A stretch of DNA of 63,449 nucleotides, counting the filler, from Rhabdomonas costata (Eukaryota), in NCBI GenBank assembly GCA_019059605.1. It is 57 parts of 57 records of this genome, joined end to end, with 100 filler letters (N's around TTAATTAATTAA, not from the genome) between each part and the next. Parts side by side here need not be neighbours in the genome. Positions count along the whole stretch, not along the records: positions 1 to 1,015 come from JAHMHO010033429.1; positions 1,116 to 2,130 come from JAHMHO010033430.1; positions 2,231 to 3,243 come from JAHMHO010033431.1; positions 3,344 to 4,358 come from JAHMHO010033432.1; positions 4,459 to 5,473 come from JAHMHO010033433.1; positions 5,574 to 6,588 come from JAHMHO010033434.1; positions 6,689 to 7,704 come from JAHMHO010033435.1; positions 7,805 to 8,819 come from JAHMHO010033436.1; 49 more parts are not named here. One strand, given 5' to 3'. The notes beneath the pieces are model-generated. The model worked only from the letters and a program-made list of their open reading frames with translations, did no database searches and had not been told where the DNA came from. This document shows positions 1 through 12,628 of this stretch, piece after piece; within the stretch, counting starts at the first letter, position 1; each line of letters starts with the position of its first letter. Position numbers and translations under genes: made by a program.

Positions 1-1015
1 TTGGCATTCGCTGCGTGCTGGGTTGCCACTGGGATGACGACGATGATGATGATGATAATGATGGCTCTGACAAAGTATCTTTTTACCAGATGTCAAGGGA
101 AGTCGAGGCGCGAGGTGTTATGCAGTGACCGTCCCCTGCCGTGTAAACGTTCATTTGCAAGATGAGCGAAATGTATAGAAAATCATAACTGATGAATCAT
201 AATTAGCATTCTCGCTTCCGTGTATTCCGTTTACTATTATCGGTCCCGATTCACGAAGGGACCCCATAACTTCGACCTTTTTAGGAAGGCTGAGTGGGCT
301 ATAAAAACAGCTTGCAATCTCTGTGCCTAAAGGAAACGCAATCCCACTGCAAGTGAACCCCAAACGAAGGCAGCAGAGCATCCAAGTAGCACCTCAAAAC
401 TGAACAAAGACAGTGCAGCAACATCGAAAACAACACAATAATGACAATCAGAGGTCAACAGCAAACAACGCAAAACAACACGCAAAAAGGTGAAAGTTTC
501 GGAAAGTTGTTCTTCCGCCAAGGCAGTCTCTGAATTGTCAGAATTGCTGAGGGCAGGTAGGGCCGAAGCAGACCCGGGGACTTTTCGTTTTGGCCTGTGG
601 GTCTCCCAGAACCGCTGAGTGGCCACAGCTTTCTCTCATTGAGCGAACACGGTTCAACGTAACCCGGCCGCCTTCTGGTGTTGCAGATCTCCGAGGAGTT
701 TGTGTGCCCTCTGGCGCAGGTCGCCGGCACTGAAAGGTTCGGGGGGTAGGGACGACTTCGCTCTGCGAAGAATCGAAGGGGTGACTGAGTTGTCGGAGAG
801 AAGCACAAATCTGACATTCATGGCATTGTAGTTATACCCCAAGCTCCCCCGAAGAAGACCCCACAAAGCGAACGCAGAGTTTGACTCACCAACCGACGAG
901 AAGGGCTGAGCCATGAACGCCGAGACAAACCCAGGCAGGCGCTCCTTCCAAAAAACCTCACGTCCTATTTCTAGGTTCCATACTTTTATAGTCTTATCAG
1001 CCCGGCCGCTGACAA

Positions 1016-1115
1016 NNNNNNNNNNNNNNNNNNNNNNNNNNNNNNNNNNNNNNNNNNNNTTAATTAATTAANNNNNNNNNNNNNNNNNNNNNNNNNNNNN
1101 NNNNNNNNNNNNNNN
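1016..1115. other. Artificial contig spacer (44N-TTAATTAATTAA-44N), first of ~56 spaced about every 1115 nt
   Basis: Identical N-run with a stop-codon linker recurs throughout the window; contigs between spacers are ~1005-1020 nt. Confidence 0.99.
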
Positions 1116-4100
1116 GGGTAGCAAATGCAGGGCTATAGGTCGAAGCTCCTGCCTTGAGGTGGCATGAGGAACAGCCGTGCCCTCCGCTCAGCAACAGTCC
1201 TTTTTCGCCGACACAACCACGGAAAAGCTATCCCGATAGCGGGCAGTAGAAGCAGCGCAACCAATTCTATGTAATCAGCGAAGAGGTACTCGCCCCCAAA
1301 GAGCAACCCCTCAACTCCTCCACCTCCACCGCACCAACCTTGCACCCGTCCAACGTCCAAGATTGCGCCTTCGCGAGGTCGTCGTGATTGAGATCCCTCG
1401 CGCAGGCCGCGAGCAGCCGCACAAACCGTTATCTTCCAACAATGGGTCGAGAACGGGACCCACCACCTTTCCGTCCTTGAATATCACGAAGGGCGGGTGT
1501 CTGCGAGTGCAGCGCTGAGTTCTCATTTGAGCGATGTTTCACCAATGAAAGGCTTCTGTGAGTTGGTAGAAGAGAATGGTGATGGAAAACATTTTAATGT
1601 GCATGGTTGAGTAACGAACCCATTCATCAGTGGCGAACGCTGCTCACGACTCAATAGCGAACTCTATTCATGCATAGCGAGATATGCAGAGCGTGAGTAG
1701 CGCCGCGAAAGTGAACAACGGGGGGTTGAGTCCCATGCCCAGTATTCTAGCATTCGACAGCGTCCAAAACTGCTTCCCGAGGCGTGGGAAGCTGGAACTC
1801 CTTCGTACCTCACTGCCCCCACCACCCTTACCTTGCCCTTTTTGGAAGTTTCACATTTTAGTAAACTTTCAACAGACATTTCGTCAATGATGGTATCTAT
1901 CCCTCTCGAAGCAAGGCCATTTTTTCTTTTTGAACCACGCATGTACTTTTTTCCCTTTCAATAGGCGGCAATCAACAACTTGAAGCAAAAGAAGCTGAGC
2001 AAGGCAAAGACTGAGGTCCAGTAGCTCCAGGGCACCGTGAGCCGACTCACGGTAGCACGCTGCTGTACAGTTCAGCCTTCCCCATTCTCTCCGCAAACGA
2101 TGTGCCACTCATTACAATGAAACCACAACANNNNNNNNNNNNNNNNNNNNNNNNNNNNNNNNNNNNNNNNNNNNTTAATTAATTAANNNNNNNNNNNNNN
2201 NNNNNNNNNNNNNNNNNNNNNNNNNNNNNNTCACAAAACCGACTTCGTCTAAAGTAGATCAATGTCAGTGTGCACACAATTATAAGATATGAGACGATGT
2301 CTTATAGGTCCACTCGAGAAAGGTTTCATTTTGAGACAGCTGATAACCGTTTGCAACTAACACCACCCCAGCCCCAGGCTCAGTTTCAGCATGCTGGACA
2401 ACCCTTACAAACGTTCCTCCCGCAAGTTTGGGTTTTTGGAGCTCAGTGCTGCTACGTAGATATTGGACATCAAACCTTTATGATTTCATGAACTTAAACG
2501 CGGATCTATGTTGCGTAATAGTTGGCCTGCTCATAATATGGAGAATCAAAACAAGCTTCATAGATGCAAAGCTCGGAGGTCAAAATCTGACGCATTTTTT
2601 GAAACGGAAGGAGCGAATGTAAGAGTCTAGCGAAGCCCATCTCTCTTGCAGCGCTGGATCAATCAAAACCCTGCTGAACCCTCATGTGGCAAGCACGCGA
2701 GGCGGTCGACGCAGTCCAAAGCAACCCATTCCAGCTCCTCAGAAGCCAAGTGCGCTGTCACTGAGATGGAAACACCTGCACCTAAAAGTGCCCACTTGTT
2801 GCAATTCGTTGAACACGCCCGCGAACACAACACAACAATTGAAAAAACCGTTTTTCGTAGTATCTTTCGGCAGAGCCGATGACGAACTCAAAACACGGGG
2901 AAATACGCAAAAAAAAACCAAGGGGGGGGGATACTCACCCAGATCCAGAAAGGAGCGGAACTGGAAGGAAAAGGGCGACACAACAATATGAGAAACCGTG
3001 GCTCCTCCTCACCCCTTTCACGTGCTTCATCCCTCCCCCCCCTCTCCCCTCGCGTTGAGGCAAAGCCACAAGCGGGGTCCGCAAGAGGGCGGGTAGGGAA
3101 CTCCATCGCGTAACTCCCTTCTTTTCTCCAAGGGTAGGGCTCCCATACTTCCCGACTTATCCGAAGTACCCATACCAACACAACACAAGCAAGGCCACCA
3201 CATTGCTCATTTCTCGCCCTGGCTCATGGCTGCACCCACACACNNNNNNNNNNNNNNNNNNNNNNNNNNNNNNNNNNNNNNNNNNNNTTAATTAATTAAN
3301 NNNNNNNNNNNNNNNNNNNNNNNNNNNNNNNNNNNNNNNNNNNGGGTGGTTGATGCTCGACATTGAGTTGTAAAAAGGGTCCCACCTTGACTGCCAGCTT
3401 GCACGCCTTCTCCAACGCTGCAGCGGCTATCGTACGATGGGTGAGGTGGGAGTCGGATTTTCGATTAAAGGGGACGTAACTTGTTTGCTCGATCAGCGCG
3501 CTGCTTTGATTCCCCCTTTGGGCAGTCGTTGGGAGCTCGTTTGGCTCACTGCGCTCCAAAGGCCAGCATGCCAGTATTGCTGGGCTTTGTCATTTAATTC
3601 AGATTGACGAGGGTACAATACATATAAGAAAGAGGTTCCCACACCAGCCCGGTCGCTCACCTCGGTAATCGTTGTCTTGACGAGGTTTTGCTGTTCTTAG
3701 CCAAAACTTCTCACATGGAACTGACCTTCGGAATTTCGACTCGGAATCGAACCAGCGCAGCCTGGTAAACGGTACAAACCGGTGCGGCCACCGCACTAAG
3801 AAGCCGGCGCCGCAGCTTCAAAACAGGATGTTGATTTCTTTCTAACAGGAATTTGGTAACAGTCCTTTTCTCCTCCATGGCGGGGCTTTCTTTGGGCGAG
3901 CTCCCACCCCGAGGCCATGCTGCAATTTGCCTCGTTTGTTTGCAAACTTCTCTGCTCTCACTTCTCCCAGAACGAGCCGGGAGCCTGGTGACAAGAACAA
4001 AATGCCCAGAGAGGATTTGCCATCTCAATGATAGGCACCAAGGCGTGACGAGACGAGAGACTCAGGACCTTTGCACGTGATTGGGTTTCTGCACGAAATT

Positions 4101-5638
4101 AATGGTAATGAGAAACTGAATCTAGCGAACCTGCCCGCTCACGTTTACGTACAAACAGGTGCGGTTCGTGGTGATGAGATATCTTAAATGACTTTTGGCT
4201 GCACACTGCTCAAGAAATATTTTCTCGATGTCTGGTAAGACAACAAGCAACACAAAAAGTGCCCCCCCCATCCATCGCTCAACTCACAACTGATAAAATT
4301 CCTTATACAGGCGTCCCAAATTTTCCGCACTGGGTCAAGGGAAAAGAGCAGGAAAAAANNNNNNNNNNNNNNNNNNNNNNNNNNNNNNNNNNNNNNNNNN
4401 NNTTAATTAATTAANNNNNNNNNNNNNNNNNNNNNNNNNNNNNNNNNNNNNNNNNNNNTAATCATCGAATGAGCGTTACGCGTTCGACCTGGAAATTCCG
4501 CCTCATGGCGTCAGCAAACATACCGCAACACTACCACCAACACCAGAGAGGCATGTTTACTAGTAATGCTAAGTCAAATGCGGCTGGTGTGTGTGTCAAA
4601 TATGTGAGTGCAACAAGTTAACCTCGAAAGCACATCCAAGCTGTGGCCCTGGGAAAGAGACGTGGGGAAGACTGGATGGAGCCAATTACGGAGATACGCA
4701 CTCACAAGGAGGTAACCATGTTCGGCACTCCCTCATCACAGCGAAGAGGGGGGCAGTTCTCTCTCCCCGCGAGGGGAAAAGAAGAAACACATTTTGGCGA
4801 CAGGCAAGCAAAACATACAAGAAAGAGGCACCCACCACACCACGTCTCTTCTCCACGACATTCCTTTCGTGGCAGGGGGGTGGCAGCAAAAGAGATTGAG
4901 AACCCATGGCTTGGGGCAAACCAGACCACAGGATTGGCGAATTCCTTGGAGAGTGCATGCGTTTCTAGTTGCCAGCAAGAAGCCTATGAAGGCTCGTCGA
5001 CTGGGGACAACTTGAACTGAACTTTTCTTGTATTTTTCTCTGGGCGGGGGAGGCGTTAATTGTTCAGCAGGTTGTCGGACTGTCACTGCTGGGTTTTAGC
5101 GGACAATTGGGATAATGGAGGCCCGACGCAGAGCCTCCGGAGCACGCTACTGATTGGGACGTTAGGACGTTCCATGAGGTAGGCGATGCTCCGTTTAGCG
5201 GAGCTCAAAGAAAATCAGTCGTTTTCTGAATGCACTTTTCCAGAGGAAAACTGATGCCGCATCGGAATTGGACACATCCAGCAATTCGCCTCCCCCTCCC
5301 CTCCTCCATCCAGTTTACATGTAATAGCCGAAGAAAAGAGCTCCAGCAAGGTTTTTCGCCCAATTCTGTTGAAGGTGTCAGGGCGGCTGTTTAACCTTGA
5401 TTTATTCTTCTCGCGCGACCGATCCAAATCACGAGTGCGCGCGATCGATGATGCAGAACGGAGGGTACCACAANNNNNNNNNNNNNNNNNNNNNNNNNNN
5501 NNNNNNNNNNNNNNNNNTTAATTAATTAANNNNNNNNNNNNNNNNNNNNNNNNNNNNNNNNNNNNNNNNNNNNGCTGCGTGAGGGTCCGACGCGTATACT
5601 AACAAAGGGGGCGAGCAAGGAATGGGGCACTAGCTTAG

Positions 5639-6560
5639 GAAGGAAAGCTCTCCGAGGAGATGCGGCGGAGGGTGGACGTGCTGCAGCGCGAGAAGGTTGA
5701 CCTGGAGGCCCAGCTGCGGCAGATGACGGTGACCCAGGCCGAGCGGCTGCGCTGCCTGGCCCGCACCCCCAGTCCCTCCACGGGGCTGCCCCGACCGACG
5801 AAGTCCAAGGCTTGTGGTGCTCTTTTGTGTGCCTTTGGGGTTTGACTTAGCTGGATCGACATGTCATCAACGCCCCCCCCCGATCCTTCAGCGAAACGGA
5901 AGTACTTGAAGTGTCGTGCGAGCTTTACTCAAAGTACGCAGTTCGTGCATCACGTTTCAAGCAGTTTTTCATTGCACGATCTCTAAGATTAAGCTTTCTT
6001 GTTGAGCTCTAAGTTATCACTTGATCACAAGTGCATAGACATAGCTGCTGTTTTGGTGGTCTCCTGATGGTTCGTTCGAGGTCTCACCACCTGATGTAGA
6101 TTGTGTCATGATAACGTTTCAAGACCGTTGTGGACAGTTTTGTCCAGCATTAAGTTCAGGACTGGTGCAAAGTGACAAGCGATGCAGACGCTGGGCGCTT
6201 CTCGGGCTACACTGGGTACCGCACCATAGTCCAGAACCAATGGGTGGTGGAATTAGTCTCTGTTGGAATTCGCATCAGATTGCAGAGGGCGTCGGAATTT
6301 TCTATTGCAGTGGACGTTTATTCTGCTAAATTGATTGTGGGCGCTCGTTCATGGCCGGTGCTTTTATGCTCGCTGCGTTTATCATGCCCTTCTGTCGGGA
6401 GATGACCTGCGTTGCACTTCCCGGTTTTCACGTGTTGCCTGACCTCCCTGCTTTTGTATTTAAGGAGCAAGAGCAGAAGCTGAAGCTTCTGGAGCAGCAG
6501 CACGAGAAATGCGGTGAGGAGAAGCATGCGCTGCGGTTGGAGATCGACAAGATCCGTGAG
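5639..6560 (+). CDS. Two probable exons (~5639-5809 and 6465-6560) of a coiled-coil protein
   Basis: GC3-rich EEMRRRVDVLQREKVDLEAQLRQM and EQEQKLKLLEQQHEKCGEEKHALRLEIDKIRE, bounded by AG acceptors and GC/GT donors. Confidence 0.5.
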
Positions 6561-6970
6561 GTTTGGGGGGCGCCCTGCCCACCCACACNNNNNNNNNNNN
6601 NNNNNNNNNNNNNNNNNNNNNNNNNNNNNNNNTTAATTAATTAANNNNNNNNNNNNNNNNNNNNNNNNNNNNNNNNNNNNNNNNNNNNGTGTTGGGTGTG
6701 GTTGGGTGGTTGGTGCGGATACTTTTTCTCGGTTACACTCGCTCGCGAAATCCTGTGGAAGCTTTTGGGGCATTGCTTTGCGCAAAAGGAAAGAGTGTAA
6801 AGGAGTGGGAATGGCGGTCGCTTCAAGCTCGGCAAGGGAATGATTGTACACTTCTAAAAAAAAATTCGATAGCTTTTACCTGTTGATACACTTTTGGTGA
6901 CCACTTAAGAAATTAGTTTACGTACGCCAATATCTTCTTTTTTTTTTTGATACTGGGACTTTTGTTTCAG

Positions 6971-7525
6971 GCCTTCGCCGTGCATGGCATCCCCTTCGAC
7001 CCCCACCCGGACTCCCTCACGGTGACTTTCAGCCAGTTCCGCACTGAGCTTCTTCAGGTACGTGTGCGTGCATTCATACAGTGACACAGTGGTTTAAAAA
7101 GACCTGTTCTAAGACTCAAGTGATATGTCACTCCAGCGTGTTGTGAAGCTGAGCTGATTGGGAAGCAAACATGTGTAAAACATGACAGTGTGTGGTCAGA
7201 TGAGTGTTAGTGGATTTGCGGATGCAGCGGCGGGATATCATTGTATTATCTCTCTTATCTCATATCTCATATCTCTTTCGACTTATTTCGAAGTCACCCG
7301 ATCCATGGGTCACAACCCAACTCAATGCAAAGCACTGACAACCCAGTATTGATGACTCTCCTTTGTGTGGACAGGAGTGGCGGCGAATCGAGGACTCCGT
7401 ACGGGGGTGCCGCACGCGCCGCGCCGTGCTGGCGTTCAAGGGAGGCACCATTGAGCTCACCGTGCTCAACGGCATCGGCATCCCCTCCTATGACATCGGC
7501 ATGACCGCCGGGATCTGTGGGCGAG
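6971..7525 (+). CDS. Two probable exons (6971-7057, 7375-7525) of an unidentified protein
   Basis: tttcag|GCC...CTTCAG|gtacgt and acag|GAG...GAG|gtcgc; GC3-rich open frame AFAVHGIPFDPHPDSLTVTFSQFRTELLQ / EWRRIEDSVRGCRTRRAVLAFKGGTIELTVLNG. Confidence 0.55.
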
Positions 7526-7883
7526 GTCGCAGCCCTCCCCCAAGTCCTTCCCCCGCTTCGCTCAGTCTCCTCATCAACCGCTGGTTCGTACTCTGGAATA
7601 TGCGGTGTTACTCAGCGGTGGCTCTGCCCTCCACCCCCACTTTAGTCGACCAAAGCACACTTGACGCTTGACTGTCTTAAAGAATGCTATTTTACACCAA
7701 CAACNNNNNNNNNNNNNNNNNNNNNNNNNNNNNNNNNNNNNNNNNNNNTTAATTAATTAANNNNNNNNNNNNNNNNNNNNNNNNNNNNNNNNNNNNNNNN
7801 NNNNTTTGTTGTTGCGGAAAAGGAAAGCTTCCCAAACATATGCGCGGTGTCTGGGAAAGTTGCCAATGTTGGAGGGTCAATCA

Positions 7884-8011
7884 CATTATGACCTCCTCTT
7901 GCATGTTAAACTCCTCCCTCCCATTATAACCTCCTCTTGCAGTGGTTGGGTTCAATGAGGAGGAGATGTGCAAGAGGAGGTTATAATGTGCAAGAGGAGG
8001 TTATAACGTGC
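7884..8011. repeat. 20-bp unit repeated in direct then inverted orientation (fold-back)
   Basis: cattataacctcctcttgca-like x3 (middle copy degenerate) at 7884-7941, then tgcaagaggaggttataatg-like x2 at 7969-8011. Confidence 0.8.
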
Positions 8012-8322
8012 AAAAGTCGATTTAAGGAGGTTGTGATGTAAAATACCCCAAATCCACGGCTGCCGAGAAAAGCCAAAGAAGTCAAATTTTCGGTGGTTTT
8101 GACCTGAAAGCCAATTTGCTCACATTCTTGCTTCAGACCCCCCCCCCCAAAGACATTATTCAAACAGAAATTCCAGAACTTTCTTTAACTGTCTTAGGAC
8201 CTTGCCACAATGGTCAACAATGTGCGTGGACACATTTCAGAGAGGGGCTGAGGAGGAGGAACTTGAGACAGTTTCGTGTGTGAAATACAGAAGGGGGGGG
8301 GGGTGTAAGATGCACTACGTGC

Positions 8323-8691
8323 CTGGTTCACCCAGTAACTGTTGAGCACCCGCAGGGAGGGGACTGCAGCACCCACGCGACACTCCGCGATCGCCTGCTT
8401 ACTCTTCCGAACCTTCAGCCCGGCAATACCGGAGGTCTTGGGCTTGCCATAGTGAATCCCTGGTGAGTGTATGAGAGGGCCACAAGAGCACACGTATCGA
8501 CACCAGTATATTCATTGTGTTGCAGGGTGACACTCCACAAGGCTGGGCCTCCCCTGCTGTAAGCAAACAAACCGTGGCGCAGGGGCTTCTTGCGGCCGCC
8601 GCGAAGAACGCCAACGCGGTAGATGACGAAGCCCTTCTTGGACTTGTATCCCATGCGGTGTGCCTTGTCAGGTCTTGACGGACGCGGTAGT
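8323..8691 (-). CDS. RPL15: 60S ribosomal protein L15 (eL15), two internal exons (8691-8573 and 8459-8323)
   Basis: Spliced translation [48 protein letters not shown]...[11 protein letters not shown] matches eL15 signatures; the GT-AG intron 8572-8460 joins in frame. Confidence 0.95.
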
Positions 8692-10034
8692 CTGGGCAAA
8701 GAAGAATGGTATTGACGAGTTTCTACAAAAGAAAACAGCTTTATAGCTTATAGCTTAGTGGGTTAGTGGGTTATGTGAAGGAATTCTTAATGAACTCAGC
8801 CCACAAAACCGGCAGGGCANNNNNNNNNNNNNNNNNNNNNNNNNNNNNNNNNNNNNNNNNNNNTTAATTAATTAANNNNNNNNNNNNNNNNNNNNNNNNN
8901 NNNNNNNNNNNNNNNNNNNGTGGTGGGTGTGGTTGGGGGTTTGGTGGCGCCAATGGTGGGGCGGTCGCCAGGCCCCGCCCGCTGGGCCTTCCCATCGGGG
9001 CCGATCTTCACAAGCTCGTGCGTCACAGGGCAGTAGTAGGTGGCCATTATGGGTGCACAAGAAAGTCAAAGGGACAGAGCAGAAGGAACGATGGGGTCAA
9101 GCTGCAAAATTACAGAAGGGATGAGAAAGACAATCGAATGGCGAGAAAAGAATTCCGACTAGAGCAAACTTTGTGATTTCACACCTCCGTGCAACTGACA
9201 AGAGTATTTCGGTGACTGTTTGCAATGCGTCGTTCATATTAATGTTGCAATTATTATGCAATGATCGCCTTGAAAGAGAGCCAGCGCTCGCATCCACACT
9301 AGTCCATCGCGGAGAAAAACGGTTTCTTATGGTTGACATTGGGGAAATTATGCTGAATGTGGTAATTCGTCAATGACACGCAGTAAACCGGTGAAGATGA
9401 CAGAACGCGTCCAAGCTCATGGCGGATCCAGAGCAGTCGCATGATGTTCGCCCGGACACAAATGAACCACAAAATACCCGAAAGAGTAGGGTGAGAAAAC
9501 GCGAATATAGGAAAGATATTGAGAGAGAACGCTGGGGCGCAAGTACTTCCAAAGATATTGAAACGGAATCTGCATCCACAACTGCTACTGCTACGACACC
9601 TACTACCACGATTACACTCTGCAGGTACGTGCAAAAAACACCGTGATGTGAGAGCAGGAGCAACCACAGTACACGGGACAGGGGGGGTCACAAGGTAGCA
9701 AGCGGGGTTTCCTGCACTTGGTCGCTAACAAACCAAATCAAGTGCACTAGGAACAAACCTCACACCCGCTCCAAGGAAGTTCCCCTTTCCACTTTTGAGT
9801 ATAGTGTGTGTAGCCGTTCCCTGTGGGTGGTACGGTACTGCACACGCACTGACACCTTTGAGAAAGTATCGTTTTGTGAGTATGTGTGCGCGGATATGTG
9901 TGTGCGGGTGTGTCGACGCGGAGAAAAGCATCCANNNNNNNNNNNNNNNNNNNNNNNNNNNNNNNNNNNNNNNNNNNNTTAATTAATTAANNNNNNNNNN
10001 NNNNNNNNNNNNNNNNNNNNNNNNNNNNNNNNNN

Positions 10035-11050
10035 GTCCACTCGTACTTCATCTTCTTTACTTGCAACCTCACCGGCTCTCTTCTTGCTCCGAGCCCTGGC
10101 TCTGGCGTCTCAGGCAAATCCCACCAAAACACTGGGTGATACCCATAGTTGAGGTAAAACGAACTGTACTCCGTGTTTGCAATCGGCGCACTGTTGATCG
10201 CAATCTCCACCAACACCACTGTATCTATGTCACTTACGATGCTTCTTGGAAGTCCATGGTAACGAACCACCTCCCACCAAAACAACTCCGCAATATCAAA
10301 CGCTGACATCTCGTTGTGACATGGAACCAACACTACCATCTACGCTGCTCTGTTCGCGACCATCAGAATCTCGTTCGTAGGAATCCCTTGGAACAACCAC
10401 TCGGTGTCAGGCATTGTTACGAAATCTATTGATACAGATTCCCATTTTCTCACCGGCACCTCCAACACCTGAGTATGACCTCTGGGCAAATGATGATCTG
10501 CTTTACACCTCTGACAAATGTCACAAGACCTCACGTACTCCTTGACCTTCCTATTTATGTTGTGAAAGATGTAAGTCCTCTTCAGCATCGCCGTAGTCCT
10601 TAACACTCCCCAATGTCCTGCTGCTGGAGAGTCGTGATACTTTACAATCACCTCCTGCTCTCTCCGAAGAGGTACAACAATCTTTCCAAGGTCCCATAAC
10701 CTACCATGATGCCACTTCGTGGGGTCTAACAACTCTGCCGTAGTCGCATTCAAATATTTCCTCCTGATTGCTGGATCCGTCCAATAGTCTGGCCACCAAT
10801 CATCCTCGCGATCTTCTGCGCTAACACTCATCGGCGCACAAAGAGGTCCATCAAAGAACAAGTTCACGACAAATCTCCAGTACACCTTGAAATTACCATT
10901 GCCAACAACTCTGATCCGCTGCTACATTCAGCCTTCCTTGCACATTCATGATCTTCAAAGTGTAGCGTTGTAACTTTTCCAACCACCTTACCTGCCTCGG
11001 CGAAGGTCTCGGATTTCTCTGCAGGTAGGTCAACGCTGAATTGTCAGTGT
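10035..11050 (-). mobile_element. Degenerate Ty3/gypsy LTR retrotransposon pol fragment (RNase H end + integrase)
   Basis: TDNSALTYLQ..RQVRWLEKLQRY..GRLNVAAD (RNase H C-terminus), H2C2 zinc motif HDSPAAGHWG..CDICQ, WESVSIDF, HGLPRSIVSD; RH-before-IN order; in-frame stop at 10340-10342 and an internal deletion in the catalytic core. Confidence 0.92.
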
Positions 11051-12265
11051 NNNNNNNNNNNNNNNNNNNNNNNNNNNNNNNNNNNNNNNNNNNNTTAATT
11101 AATTAANNNNNNNNNNNNNNNNNNNNNNNNNNNNNNNNNNNNNNNNNNNNTGTGGGGGTGTGGCCAAAAAGTGCGGCCCGCAACCTAGTAAAAATCTTGC
11201 CCATTCTTGATTTGCTCTCAGGTAAGAATAATCGCTTGTTGGGATTCCGTGGTACTCCTCGCATGTTGGAATGCAATTCAAGGTCCCAGAACTAGGACAG
11301 AGGAGACGCACGTCATTCATTGCTCTTTCAAGACAAAATTCTGAAACGAAAAACTGCCGCAACGAAATTGATCCGTGAAAGCCATTCACCCGATACAACA
11401 GGCGAAGTGAACACGTTCGCAACGAGGGATGCAACCAGGAGCAAGTAGTAATTTGTTCCACTGAAGTGACCAGAAGTCATCAGCAAGCATAGATGGTATG
11501 CCTGCTTCTCGGAAACCAAACTCTCTGCTGCGAGTTTTCCACAACACGAGGAACTTAACGAGCCCACTATCGAAAGCTCAACGTTCTTCGCAAAGAACCC
11601 CACGAAAGGAGTGCGGTGTCATTTTCAAGAAGCGGCACTGGTGGCTTCGAAGTGCCGTTTAACACTTTACTGCTGCGAAAGGGGCATGAAGCCTTCGGGA
11701 GGGACATATGCGGAGCTCTTCACCTTTCCTTCTGCGGAAGGGTTCACCAAGAGTTCACCACAAAGCCGCATTACTTCCATTCCATCCTTCTTCCGATATA
11801 TGCAAATAGAGGCACAAGTGTGTATGCGCCAGTGGAAAGCCGGGAACTGCACTCGTGGTCTTCGCTATTTCGGAGAGCAGAGGTGACCAAAAGGAAACTG
11901 AAAAGCACAACCGGCCATCACTAGCTGTTGGTGGTGCCAGTGATCAGTCTGAGCTTTCACAGCCTTTATCGCACTCCCACTGCTTCATCATCAATGTCAT
12001 GCGTGGTGACCTTATCAGGAGATTCAAATAAGGCAGAGCCACATGAAAACACGGTGAACTCGAAGACGCTCACAAACTGAGGCCAAACCCGTCGCACACA
12101 GACCGCTGGGTCACACCGGAAACCACCCTTATCAGCATGTAAAGTCCATGGGCGATACAAAAACANNNNNNNNNNNNNNNNNNNNNNNNNNNNNNNNNNN
12201 NNNNNNNNNTTAATTAATTAANNNNNNNNNNNNNNNNNNNNNNNNNNNNNNNNNNNNNNNNNNNN

Positions 12266-12545
12266 TGTTTTTTGTTACATCATATGATATTGATGATGTA
12301 TATATATATTTATCATTAATTTTCTTTTTTGTTCTAAAACAATACAATTTATCAGTTTCTGATATAGGATATATAAAACTACATATTATTTTCTTTATTT
12401 TTTTATCATCAGAATTAACACATGAAAAAATATCATTTACAACATCTTTTATTTGTGATTCTTCAAAAAATTCATTTTTGTAATTTTCATCAATTATCAA
12501 TTTTATTTCGTTTAATTGTGAATTTAAATTACTTTTTTTTGTCAT
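12266..12545 (-). CDS. AT-rich hypothetical protein, N-terminal part, truncated by contig end; probably viral
   Basis: ATG at 12545, open to the contig edge; K/N/I-rich with the same composition as the adjacent RPB7 gene. Confidence 0.7.
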
Positions 12546-12551
12546 TAATAT

Positions 12552-12619
12552 AAAAATATTTTAAATATTTAAGTATATTCAAAATATTTTGAATATTTAA
12601 GTATATTTAAAATATTTTT
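12552..12619 (-). terminator. Intergenic AT-rich palindrome, candidate mimivirus-type polyadenylation hairpin
   Basis: 17-bp perfect arms 12552-12568/12603-12619, a 6x6 internal loop and a perfect 22-bp core palindrome 12575-12596, starting ~10 nt after the RPB7 stop. Confidence 0.7.
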
Positions 12620-12628
12620 TATAAAATA

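Noticed and set aside
3575-3668. SIAGLCHLIQIDEGTIHIRKRF, loosely like the Merlin IGGxGxxVxIDE motif
   Set aside because: Short, followed by stops, and no convincing downstream WVFG/SD/VNH motifs
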